From: a virus
Reading direction: 5' to 3' (one strand)
Virus record (IMG/VR): IMGVR_UViG_3300031965_000065
Length of the DNA: 42,962 nt
Made by a program: the position numbers and the translations under genes. Shown here piece after piece: positions 8,102 through 15,517 of the stretch. A model generated the notes under the pieces. The model did not search any database and was not told the origin of the DNA. It saw only the letters and a list, made by a program, of their open reading frames with translations. Numbering within the stretch: position 1 is the stretch's first letter; each line of letters opens with the position of its first letter.

Positions 8102-8132
8102 TGTGTTTAAGAAACTACCAGCTTTAGCTGGT
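7553..8132 (-). mobile_element. possible IS200-like element (tnpA plus upstream hairpin); right end not identifiable
   Basis: Perfect hairpin ACCAGC-TTTA-GCTGGT at 8117..8132, directly upstream of tnpA. No tnpB. The tnpA stop lies 2 nt from the methyltransferase ATG, leaving no room for a downstream end. Confidence 0.35.
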
Positions 8133-9379
8133 TAGAGTGTGTCATTTTCTTTCAACAAAAAGCTAAACAACGGCTTCATATGAAATCCGTCCGGCTGCGC
8201 CGGCGACACCACGTTCCAGCCGTCCTTTTTAACAACCTTAATTTCTTCAAGTTTTCCCAACGATTTAACATTTCCTGCCAAATCCACGATCAGGCAAAAT
8301 TGCTTGTCTTCGTGCAGGCGTGTTCCACGTCCGAGTATTTGAAGGTGCAGTCGCAGGCTTCTTGTCGGTCGGGCAAGAACAATGCAATCAAGTTCCAAAA
8401 AATCAAAACCAACGGTCAGAACGGACACATTGAAAACGACCGGAATCTTGCCGTCTTTGAAGTCTTTTATAATCTTATTGCGTTCACGTTTTCCGGTTTC
8501 CGAAGTGACCACCGCCGACCCTTCAAAAAACTTTTGCAGGGCATTTGCTTGTTTGATTGAGGTGCAGAAAACCAAAACGTGATTCCTTATTTGCTTTGAC
8601 TGGTTCACCGCCTCAACGATCCGGTCAAATTCATTTTTGATTTTGTCTTCGTAATCTTCCAGATCAAACTCGCTTTGGGTTTTATTAAGTTTCAATTGTG
8701 AATGGTCAAGGATAGTTCCGTCGATATACCTTAACGGCGACAAATACCCCTGTTCCATTAGGTGATCGGTGTTTAGAGCATATAGCATACGCGACCAAAA
8801 GCCGTCAGAGTAACGCGTTATCATCTTTGTGGTAGTGACCACTGTTAGCGGTGTGATTAAGCCCTTAGATTTGCGCTCACGATACGCAGCCCACCCCATT
8901 GAGGGTTCTTGATAGTAAGTGTCCTGCCGGTAAGGTGTTCCGGTGAAACCAATAACTTTGTGTATATTTGCAGCCCTAAAAAACTTGCCATACATAGAGT
9001 TCATTTTGTTCATTGGCACAAGATCACATTCATCAACGATCGCCAAATTAAAATTGGCAAAAAGTTCCGGTCTTTTATACATTGACTGGATCGTGCCAAA
9101 AGTGAAATTGTTGATGTCTTTCCGATCCATTGAAGCTGAATAAACCCCGACTTCTGATTTGTCCACATAGGTTAAAAACTTTTCCATATTTTGTTCCAGA
9201 ATTTCGCGTGTGGGATTTAATATAAGCGCCGGTTTCCCTGTCCGGTGAACGAAATCAGCAATCACCAAAGACTTGCCGCCACCTTGCGGAATTACCACAA
9301 CGTCGTTTCCGGACAAGTTCATAGCCCACTCCAATTTATCTATGGCGTCCTGTTGATATGGTCTTAGTGTGTATTTCAT
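8132..9379 (-). CDS. SF2 DEAD/DEAH-type DNA helicase
   Basis: LRPYQQDAI, Walker A PQGGGKS, motif II VDECD, motif III GFTGTP, motif VI ILGRGTR. Confidence 0.85.
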   Translation of the reverse strand: MKYTLRPYQQDAIDKLEWAMNLSGNDVVVIPQGGGKSLVIADFVHRTGKPALILNPTREILEQNMEKFLTYVDKSEVGVYSASMDRKDINNFTFGTIQSMYKRPELFANFNLAIVDECDLVPMNKMNSMYGKFFRAANIHKVIGFTGTPYRQDTYYQEPSMGWAAYRERKSKGLITPLTVVTTTKMITRYSDGFWSRMLYALNTDHLMEQGYLSPLRYIDGTILDHSQLKLNKTQSEFDLEDYEDKIKNEFDRIVEAVNQSKQIRNHVLVFCTSIKQANALQKFFEGSAVVTSETGKRERNKIIKDFKDGKIPVVFNVSVLTVGFDFLELDCIVLARPTRSLRLHLQILGRGTRLHEDKQFCLIVDLAGNVKSLGKLEEIKVVKKDGWNVVSPAQPDGFHMKPLFSFLLKENDTL

Positions 9380-9537
9380 CTTAAAAAGGGGCTTAACGAA
9401 TCAGGTTGTCCGCCGTCTTTCATTCTGTCGGAAACAGCTTTGCAGGTTTCCGGCGACAGCAAAAAGGACAACTTTGTTTGATTAATGATGTCAAACATGG
9501 CAACCATATACATAAAATTAGGTAAGTATCCCCTCAT
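9376..9537 (-). CDS. 53-aa hypothetical protein (below ORF-track cutoff)
   Basis: Translation MRGYLPNFMYMVAMFDIINQTKLSFLLSPETCKAVSDRMKDGGQPDSLSPFLR. Its TGA overlaps the helicase ATG (ATGA). Confidence 0.4.
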   Translation of the reverse strand: MRGYLPNFMYMVAMFDIINQTKLSFLLSPETCKAVSDRMKDGGQPDSLSPFLR

Positions 9538-9546
9538 AGCAGGTAG

Positions 9547-9840
9547 TTACAATTCCCCTTTCTCTTTTAACCACTCTTTTAACCTTTTATCAGTATCCCA
9601 CCGTTCAGGAAATTGAGCGTGTTCTTTCAGCAAGCCTCTTATTTCATCAAAAATAGTGTCAGTAAGCTCTTCTACTGCGTCTTTAAGCATCGTCTCGTAG
9701 TCGGGACTGTTTCCACTCCTCATAACCCGAATATCATCCGCTATTTCTTCTCCATCTTCTCCAAAATGGACTTCGGCTTCCACTAAATCAGCTACAAACT
9801 CATGTATTATTTCTTTTATTTCTTCTTTTGCTTTTGCCAT
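9547..9840 (-). CDS. small highly acidic hypothetical protein
   Basis: 97 aa, rich in Asp/Glu throughout (EEIKEIIHEFVADLVEAEVHFGEDGEEIADD...). Confidence 0.6.
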   Translation of the reverse strand: MAKAKEEIKEIIHEFVADLVEAEVHFGEDGEEIADDIRVMRSGNSPDYETMLKDAVEELTDTIFDEIRGLLKEHAQFPERWDTDKRLKEWLKEKGEL

Positions 9841-9870
9841 TGTTTACCTGTTGTCAAGGGATAGTTACCT

Positions 9871-10794
9871 TTATAATTGTTCCCAACTGTAATTTCTCAA
9901 AAACTCCATTTGCTCGTGCAATTTCAATGCCGCAATAAACCCGACCAGCATTTCCTTATAAACCGCCTGATCCCTTATCACAGCAAACTCAAAGCCGCCT
10001 TCTTTTCCGATCCTAAGAATCATTTGTCCGGAGTAGTCTTCGTCGGGGTATTCTTCTTCACGCGCCTTTCTGTATGCTGCGGTCTGCATTAGGTATTCCG
10101 GATAGATTCCTTTGGAAGTCTTAAGGTCGCCCAAGTAAAGTTTGCCGTCAATTTTGCAGATGAAGTCCAAAGTTCCGGTGTAGTTGTATTTTTTGGAGTA
10201 GCAAACCTGCTCACTTGTCAAAAACTCGACTTCATTATCAATCTTCCAGCCCAAGAACTTTTTGATAGCTTCCTGTAAGTCCACGTTCACCGGCATAGCC
10301 GGTTTTTTGCCTTTGATGTAGTCTTCCACCCAATTGTGAACAAATGATCCTATCGTTCCGGCGTCTGTTTTTTTCTGATAATGGTTTTTACGTCCGGCGT
10401 CCCAAATGGACTCCAACTGAATCTCGTCGTAAAGCTCGCCGGCTTCTATTTGTTTACTTACATAGTCGATCGCGGAGTTTGCAGCCCAAGCCACAAGCGC
10501 AGGTTTGTTGACAATGCCAAGAATCTTTGTAACTGAAGGCACAACCTTGTTGTTGAGGGTGTATTGGTGTCTGAAGCTGTCAAACATTAGCTCAACTTCA
10601 CCACCGTATAATTTGTTTCTTACTTTCATAAAACTATCCAAGAACTTAATTTTGTACCCTGATATTCCGGTCGGGCGCACTGGTGATGACACAAATCCAA
10701 CGACAAATTTGTGATAATTTCCGTCCGACCGGTATATCAAGGTACATTTATATCTTAACCTGTTTCGTTTTAAGCCGGCAAGTGCTGCCCTCAC
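9871..10794 (-). CDS. PD-(D/E)XK (RecB/Cas4-like) phage exonuclease; true start probably internal (10629 or 10587)
   Basis: GTLDFICKIDGKLYLGDLKTSKG...QTAAY gives D...D-x-K plus the QxxxY motif. The GTG start at 10794 adds about 55 non-conserved residues overlapping a 9-bp-stem hairpin at 10771..10806. Confidence 0.75.
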   Translation of the reverse strand: MRAALAGLKRNRLRYKCTLIYRSDGNYHKFVVGFVSSPVRPTGISGYKIKFLDSFMKVRNKLYGGEVELMFDSFRHQYTLNNKVVPSVTKILGIVNKPALVAWAANSAIDYVSKQIEAGELYDEIQLESIWDAGRKNHYQKKTDAGTIGSFVHNWVEDYIKGKKPAMPVNVDLQEAIKKFLGWKIDNEVEFLTSEQVCYSKKYNYTGTLDFICKIDGKLYLGDLKTSKGIYPEYLMQTAAYRKAREEEYPDEDYSGQMILRIGKEGGFEFAVIRDQAVYKEMLVGFIAALKLHEQMEFLRNYSWEQL

Positions 10795-10833
10795 TGTGCC
10801 GGCTTCATAACGCTACGCGTTAAGTACAGTCGG

Positions 10834-11517
10834 TTATGACTTTGCTTTTGCTTTTGCAGCAGCAAGTTCTTTTTCCAACTGTTCAACCGTTTTGGCTTCG
10901 CCGGAATCTTCCGGTTCTGCTTCCTTTTCAGGCGCTTTTTCCTCACGTTCAGCCTCTAAACTTTCTGCGAAATCGTCAACCTCTTTAGTTGATTTCTTTG
11001 CCGGCGCAGTTGCCGGAGTAGAAGTTTTTGTTACTTCTTTGTCGGCTTCTTTCGGCTCATATTCAACCGGCTCAAGTTTTTTGACTGTTTTGTTGAATGA
11101 AACAATATTGTTAAAGATTCTTTTGTCTTTTCCTTCGTTTTGTTCAACCATTACGTCAACTTGTTCGCCAATTATAGATTCCGCGTCAAAACTTTCAGCT
11201 TCTTCTTTGGTGAGGGTTCGACCAACAGCAGCGTTTGCAAGTTTCCCAAGCCAACTTCGATCGTTCAATGCCAAACGACACCTTTTCCACAAATACCTTC
11301 CTCGTGTCGTTTCTGCTTCGTCGCTTCCTTCACTCGTGGGCATTTCTTTGTCGTCTAAGATGATAAACATATAGTTTAAGACACCTTCCTCGACACCTTT
11401 CCACTTGTTGAATTGAGATACTAAATTAACATCTGCGATCTGGACTGTGTAGCGATCCATGGGTACCGGATCAAAGTCCCCACCTGTTTTTATATCTGGT
11501 TTTTGACCTTGTAGCAT
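10834..11517 (-). CDS. DUF669-like putative ssDNA-binding protein with acidic/Lys-Ala C-terminal tail
   Basis: The N-terminus GGDFDPVPMDRYTVQIADVNL resembles the F.P.P.G.Y...I start of DUF669 phage proteins. Low-complexity acidic tail. Sits in the recombination/replication module. Confidence 0.5.
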   Translation of the reverse strand: MLQGQKPDIKTGGDFDPVPMDRYTVQIADVNLVSQFNKWKGVEEGVLNYMFIILDDKEMPTSEGSDEAETTRGRYLWKRCRLALNDRSWLGKLANAAVGRTLTKEEAESFDAESIIGEQVDVMVEQNEGKDKRIFNNIVSFNKTVKKLEPVEYEPKEADKEVTKTSTPATAPAKKSTKEVDDFAESLEAEREEKAPEKEAEPEDSGEAKTVEQLEKELAAAKAKAKS

Positions 11518-11837
11518 TATTCCTCACCCCCTTTCGGTTTACTTACTCGCATAACCGGTGAGTAAGTTTCGCCCTTAACTTTAGCTATACCTTTTGTTTC
11601 TTCGATCTTTTTGGTGAGTTTTAGTTTTTTATCCATTTCATAAACCGCCGGCGAGTATTCATAAGTAGTATAGACCCGAAGGGTAAATGAGGCTTCCGGA
11701 ATCCGCATTTTATGCTCAGGCGCTTTTTGAAGCAGTGCGGTCAGCGCTTCCTTTTTCTCACTCAAGACCTCGTTCGCAGCGTCCACTGCACGTTTTGCCT
11801 CGTAGTATTCTTTTAATAGTTTAGCCTTTTTTTCCAT
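11517..11837 (-). CDS. hypothetical protein
   Basis: 106-aa ORF whose stop shares one base with the downstream start at 11517. Confidence 0.55.
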   Translation of the reverse strand: MEKKAKLLKEYYEAKRAVDAANEVLSEKKEALTALLQKAPEHKMRIPEASFTLRVYTTYEYSPAVYEMDKKLKLTKKIEETKGIAKVKGETYSPVMRVSKPKGGEE

Positions 11838-11953
11838 TATATTTTTTTCCGTGAACTAATTAACTTTCCGTTGAGCATTTGCGGATTGTGATTGCGGCAA
11901 TCTTGGCAGCAATATTCACCTTCACTGCCGTTACCGTCACCACCACACCTCAT
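11837..11953 (-). CDS. 38-aa Cys-rich micro-protein
   Basis: Translation MRCGGDGNGSEGEYCCQDCRNHNPQMLNGKLISSRKKI. Coupled at both ends: ATGA overlap upstream, TAATG overlap downstream. Confidence 0.4.
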   Translation of the reverse strand: MRCGGDGNGSEGEYCCQDCRNHNPQMLNGKLISSRKKI

Positions 11954-12261
11954 ACTTCTTTGAAAATGTTTATTTGATTCTTTGTTTCGTTAACAATTAT
12001 GTGTCTTTTTTTAAACTCATATTGTTCTAACCAACGCCAGACACCCTTGAAATAAGAGATGTCTATTGGTGTGTGACAGGGAAATGCTTTATAGCCAGTT
12101 TTACAAGCTACGAATCTTAAATACCTAGCCAGTGAGTCAAAATCTGATACTGAAATTGCATTGTCGTTTTGTAAAGCCATAAGTAAAACATCAAGCACAA
12201 CTTTATATTTTGGCTTGTAACCTCTGTTTAGCTTTTTAATATGTTCTGTTTTTATAACCAT
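11950..12261 (-). CDS. hypothetical protein
   Basis: 103-aa AT-rich ORF. Confidence 0.55.
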   Translation of the reverse strand: MVIKTEHIKKLNRGYKPKYKVVLDVLLMALQNDNAISVSDFDSLARYLRFVACKTGYKAFPCHTPIDISYFKGVWRWLEQYEFKKRHIIVNETKNQINIFKEV

Positions 12262-12279
12262 AATTTTTAAGTTTCCATT

Positions 12280-12307
12280 CCTGTATTCAAGACTGGTTGA
12301 ATACAGG
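12280..12307. promoter_or_regulatory. 11-bp-stem inverted repeat (attenuator/terminator or operator) after the HTH gene
   Basis: CCTGTATTCAA-gactgg-TTGAATACAGG in the 136-bp intergenic gap. No U-tract follows on the minus strand. Confidence 0.4.
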
Positions 12308-12397
12308 CGTAGAACTCAACTTCCTATAAGCTTTGGTTTGAGTAATCAAAGTGTTGAGTCAACAGTTGTTCCACTTCAGCTACAACATAGATATTTT

Positions 12398-12631
12398 TTA
12401 GATTTCTTTTTCATTTTGTGAACTAACTCTTTTATTAAGAATTTTCAAAACGTCTTCCTCTTTGAATATCCACCTGCGCCCGACTTTATAAGCCCTTATT
12501 TTTCCCTCATCAACCCACCTTCGCACAGTGTATTGGTCGATCTTAAAAAGACTTGCGACTTCTTCTGTTGAATATGTTGTTGGCTTTTTAGCCTCGTCGT
12601 TATTCATTATTGACAATATACTACACGTCAT
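12398..12631 (-). CDS. excisionase/MerR-family helix-turn-helix DNA-binding protein (probable start at 12607)
   Basis: YSTEEVASLFKIDQYTVRRWVDEGKIRAYKVGRRWIFKEEDV is the HTH_17 pattern. The internal start MNNDEAKK fits the predicted promoter. Confidence 0.8.
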   Translation of the reverse strand: MTCSILSIMNNDEAKKPTTYSTEEVASLFKIDQYTVRRWVDEGKIRAYKVGRRWIFKEEDVLKILNKRVSSQNEKEI

Positions 12632-12644
12632 TATATGATGTCAA
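12610..12644. promoter_or_regulatory. fully overlapping divergent sigma70-type promoter pair
   Basis: Plus strand: TTGACA 12610-12615, 18 nt, TATGAT 12634-12639, then ATG at 12649. Minus strand: TTGACA 12644-12639, 18 nt, TATATT 12620-12615, then ATG at 12607. Neither gene has an SD. Confidence 0.55.
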
Positions 12645-12648
12645 GTAG

Positions 12649-12933
12649 ATGTTAAGTTTTGGTCAGAAACAACGAATCTCAAGGTGGAAGAAGTCTTTTT
12701 GGAAGAAAGAATTTCCAAAAGTTGATATGATTAGCTTGTACGAAAAGCACACCGGACTAACATTGAAAAGATCAGGTAAGGCTTGGATAGGCAAATGTCC
12801 GTTCCATTCTCACGAAGACAGGAAACCTTCATTTGCAATTTATCCGGATACTGATAGTTATTATTGTTTTGGTTGTGAAGAAACCGGAACGAGTAATTGG
12901 CTCAAAACAAAATTAGAAAAGCAAGGACTATGA
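12649..12933 (+). CDS. DnaG-type CHC2 zinc-finger protein (stand-alone primase zinc-binding domain)
   Basis: GKCPFHSHEDRKPSFAIYPDTDSYYCFGCEETG. An alternative internal start lies at 12727 (MISLYEK). Confidence 0.8.
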   Translation: MLSFGQKQRISRWKKSFWKKEFPKVDMISLYEKHTGLTLKRSGKAWIGKCPFHSHEDRKPSFAIYPDTDSYYCFGCEETGTSNWLKTKLEKQGL

Positions 12934-14528
12934 CAGCAGAACAATATTTGAAAGATCACGGACTTAATCCCGAATACGTTAAAGAAAGTTTAGGGTGGAA
13001 TTGGGACAAAGACAAAATAACTATTCCTATATACGACAAATCCGGCGACAAACTCTTTGAAAAATACAGACACCTGACCGGCGACGTTAAGTTTACTTTT
13101 GAAAAAGGCGGCAAACCCACACTTTACCCTCACTGGCTTGTCGAAGACGAGCAAACCCTATACCTTTGCGAAGGCGAAACCGACGCCGCAAAACTGTGGC
13201 AGGAAGGCTTGCCGGCAGTTACTTCAATTGGTGGTGTTGAATCCTTTGACGAGCATATGGCGGCTGAGCTTGCCGGAAAGACAATCAAACTTGTGCTTGA
13301 TAACGACGACGCCGGTCAAAGCTCAATACCAAAATATGTATCCCAACTTGAAGCCACAGGCGCAAAAATAGAGATTATCAACCTTCCCCCCGACACAAAG
13401 GACGTGTCAGATTATATAGTCAAATACGGTGTTTCTAGGTTCAAAGACCTGTCTGCCACCGATCCGGAAACTTGGCTTATCAACAAATACTCCACAATTT
13501 ACCCGATCATAGACAACAAAGAGTTCCTATCATATGACTATCCGGCAAAGAAATGGCTCATAAAACCTTTAATGCGCGCGTCCGGAATAGTTTTTGTGGT
13601 CGGTGAAGGCGGCGTCGGAAAGACCCTTATTTCTTACAGTATGGCTAAAGCGATCACCGAAGGGCGCGACTGGCTTGATAAATACGAATCAACACAGGAA
13701 AAAGTGCTTATTTTGGACAAAGAAAACGACGAGATCGACATTAAAGAAAACCTGTATGCACAGCAGGCAACCTCAGAAAACATCTTCCACTATACCGCAG
13801 CCCGAAACTTCTCGTTCTTTGACGATCGCGGCAACCCCTCAGAGGAAGCACTGTACTTGAACGCCTATATTAAAAAAAACAATATCAAGGTGGTCATTAT
13901 GGATTCTATGGTTGATTTTTTCGTAGGTAATGAAAACGACGCCGTTGACGCAGCCAATAACACCTTAGCTTGGAAACTCACGTTCCCCGACACCGCAATT
14001 ATCGTCCTTCAGCACGAAAACAAACCCCAGCAAGGCAACGGCACACGCTACTCCGGACATAGAGTAAGAGGCTCAACCCATATCGTCAACGTGGCGCAAT
14101 CCATTCTCAGTTTTTCTATCCCCGACCGTGAATATCCGGAACAAATACTCGTTGAGCATACCAAAGTCAGAGGCGCAAAAAAGCAAAACCCCTTCCAGAT
14201 CGAAATGAACATTGAACCCAAGCTCGACCAAGACGGCAACGACACCCAAGAAACTATTGTTACCGGCTTCACCTATAAAGGAGAAGTCCAAATGAAGAAG
14301 AAAGCAGAAGACCAAGCCATATCAGCAATCATCAACCTACTTTCCGATCAGCCAAATCGTAAGTTTATTTCAAAAGACATTGAAGTGGAGTTATCAGATC
14401 AAGACATCTCCGTTCGGGCAATTAAGAAGGTTCTACCAAAAATGCGCAGTCAAAGATTATTAGCATATGACGTTGATAGTATGCCCTATAGTTATTGGTA
14501 TTTAAGAGATCAAGAAGAAAATGAATAG
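12897..14528 (+). CDS. Toprim-domain primase fused to RecA/RepA-like (P-loop) replicative helicase; likely start ATG 12930
   Basis: Toprim motifs LYLCEGETDAAKL...VLDNDDAGQ. Walker A VVGEGGVGKT, Walker B VVIMDS, VLQHENK. The ATG at 12930 overlaps the TGA of the zinc-finger ORF (ATGA). Confidence 0.85.
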   Translation: MAQNKIRKARTMTAEQYLKDHGLNPEYVKESLGWNWDKDKITIPIYDKSGDKLFEKYRHLTGDVKFTFEKGGKPTLYPHWLVEDEQTLYLCEGETDAAKLWQEGLPAVTSIGGVESFDEHMAAELAGKTIKLVLDNDDAGQSSIPKYVSQLEATGAKIEIINLPPDTKDVSDYIVKYGVSRFKDLSATDPETWLINKYSTIYPIIDNKEFLSYDYPAKKWLIKPLMRASGIVFVVGEGGVGKTLISYSMAKAITEGRDWLDKYESTQEKVLILDKENDEIDIKENLYAQQATSENIFHYTAARNFSFFDDRGNPSEEALYLNAYIKKNNIKVVIMDSMVDFFVGNENDAVDAANNTLAWKLTFPDTAIIVLQHENKPQQGNGTRYSGHRVRGSTHIVNVAQSILSFSIPDREYPEQILVEHTKVRGAKKQNPFQIEMNIEPKLDQDGNDTQETIVTGFTYKGEVQMKKKAEDQAISAIINLLSDQPNRKFISKDIEVELSDQDISVRAIKKVLPKMRSQRLLAYDVDSMPYSYWYLRDQEENE

Positions 14529-14555
14529 ATTAAAGACGACTAAGTATGAAATGTA

Positions 14556-14740
14556 CCGTTGCACAACGTTGTGCAGGTTGTGCAAATAGGTGTTGCACAA
14601 CTATTTGAGGCTAAATTGACAAGGTTGTGCAATAGGTTGTGCAGTGTCGCCAAGAGGGTTGTGCAGTTGTGCAGGCGTATATATATATACGCCACACAAC
14701 ACAACCCTCATAGCACAACGCACAACGTTGGCGACACTAT
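14556..14740. other. putative replication origin: GTTGTGCA iterons in both orientations around an AT-rich perfect palindrome
   Basis: At least 8 copies of (G)GTTGTGCA(A/G) or its complement. 14-bp palindrome GCACAACGTTGTGC at 14561-14574. 20-bp palindrome GGCGTATATATATATACGCC at 14674-14693. Flanking inverted repeat AGTGTCGCCAA (14643-14653) / TTGGCGACACT (14728-14738). Lies directly downstream of the primase-helicase gene. Confidence 0.6.
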
Positions 14741-14762
14741 AAAACCTGTTACCTATAGTATT

Positions 14763-15233
14763 ATGAACAATAAAGAATTGAATCGTATAAGAGAGATATT
14801 TCAAAAACTGAAGGACGCGTACCCTTTTATTAGATCAGGAGATTCCGACCAACAAAGAAGAATTGTTGACGCGCTGCAACCTTTGATAGACGAGGCAGAA
14901 ACGCTTGGTGTTGCCAAAGGATTTTGCGAAGCAATACTTTTTTGGGGTAAGGAGTTTTTGGACTTTGAGTTTGGTCATAATGATCCACCCAAAGCAAAAA
15001 GAGATGAACCCTCACAAGACGTAATCAACGCTCAGCGGGTTTTCGGAGTGAAAGCAACGCTAATGACGTTCGGCGAACGTGAGGCGGCGGAGATTGCGAA
15101 ACGTAAAGGCGCAATTGCGTATCAGATCAAAGGATACACTCAAAAAGAGAAGGACAAGGACGGACGACCCACCGGAAAATTTACACCCGACGTTGAAATA
15201 TTATTGTCAAAAAAATCTTCAAAAAATTCCTGA
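14763..15233 (+). CDS. hypothetical protein (156 aa; ORF-track start 14559 rejected)
   Basis: The first ATG after the iteron region gives MNNKELNRIREIF.... The upstream 68 codons are a translation of the iterons. Confidence 0.6.
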   Translation: MNNKELNRIREIFQKLKDAYPFIRSGDSDQQRRIVDALQPLIDEAETLGVAKGFCEAILFWGKEFLDFEFGHNDPPKAKRDEPSQDVINAQRVFGVKATLMTFGEREAAEIAKRKGAIAYQIKGYTQKEKDKDGRPTGKFTPDVEILLSKKSSKNS

Positions 15234-15305
15234 CCCACTGGCACTCGGACGGAAAAATAATTTTTCGTGAAAAAATATTTATATTTTGCGTGAAAATGTA
15301 TTGTG

Positions 15306-15428
15306 TTAAAAATGATCCGGAGTAGTTAAAAATGATCCGGAGTATAAAAATATAAAAATAGTCAAAAATGATCCGGAGTATAAAAATATAAAAATAGTCA
15401 AAAATGATCCGTTCAACGTCCGGAGTAA
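15306..15428. repeat. array of four direct repeats AAAAATGATCCGGAGTA (two within a 36-bp tandem unit), probable regulator-binding sites
   Basis: Copies at 15306-15324, 15326-15344 and 15364-15380, plus an interrupted copy at 15400-15428 (GATCCG-ttcaacgt-CCGGAGTA). The 36-bp unit aaaaatgatccggagtataaaaatataaaaatagtc occurs twice, at 15328-15363 and 15364-15399. Confidence 0.8.
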
Positions 15429-15436
15429 TATTGCGC

Positions 15437-15468
15437 TTGACAGATAATGCCCTATACTATAATATAAT
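15437..15468 (+). promoter_or_regulatory. consensus-like sigma70 promoter
   Basis: TTGACA at 15437-15442 followed by overlapping TATAAT/TAATAT boxes at 15458-15468. Located 50-80 nt upstream of the SD-led gene at 15518. Confidence 0.6.
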
Positions 15469-15517
15469 GACATATGATAATTAAAAATTATCAGACAACG
15501 AAAGGGGGTGAAAATTT

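Noticed and set aside
10892-11374. 160-aa plus-strand ORF antisense to the SSB-like gene. Similar antisense ORFs occur at 16484..16930, 24741..25091, 24835..25353 and 31006..31233.
   Set aside because: They are mirror images of low-complexity or repeat-coding regions on the coding strand. They lack SDs and break the otherwise strict operon polarity, so they are shadow ORFs.
12398-12631. Excisionase implying a temperate lifestyle or prophage
   Set aside because: No integrase, recombinase, attP-like site or CI-type repressor is recognisable. The HTH protein is more likely a transcriptional regulator of the adjacent divergent promoters.
12897-12933. Programmed -1 frameshift fusing the zinc-finger and Toprim-helicase ORFs
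   Set aside because: No X XXY YYZ slippery site is visible in the overlap. The ATGA stop-start overlap at 12930-12933 explains the arrangement more simply.
14559-14762. N-terminal 68 codons of the 224-aa ORF-track protein
   Set aside because: This part is a translation of the GTTGTGCA iterons and the TA palindrome. The gene more plausibly begins at ATG 14763.
15306-15428. Possible CRISPR-like array
   Set aside because: The repeats are only 17-19 bp. The intervening 19-bp 'spacers' are identical to each other (a tandem duplication), there are only four copies, and no cas genes are present.
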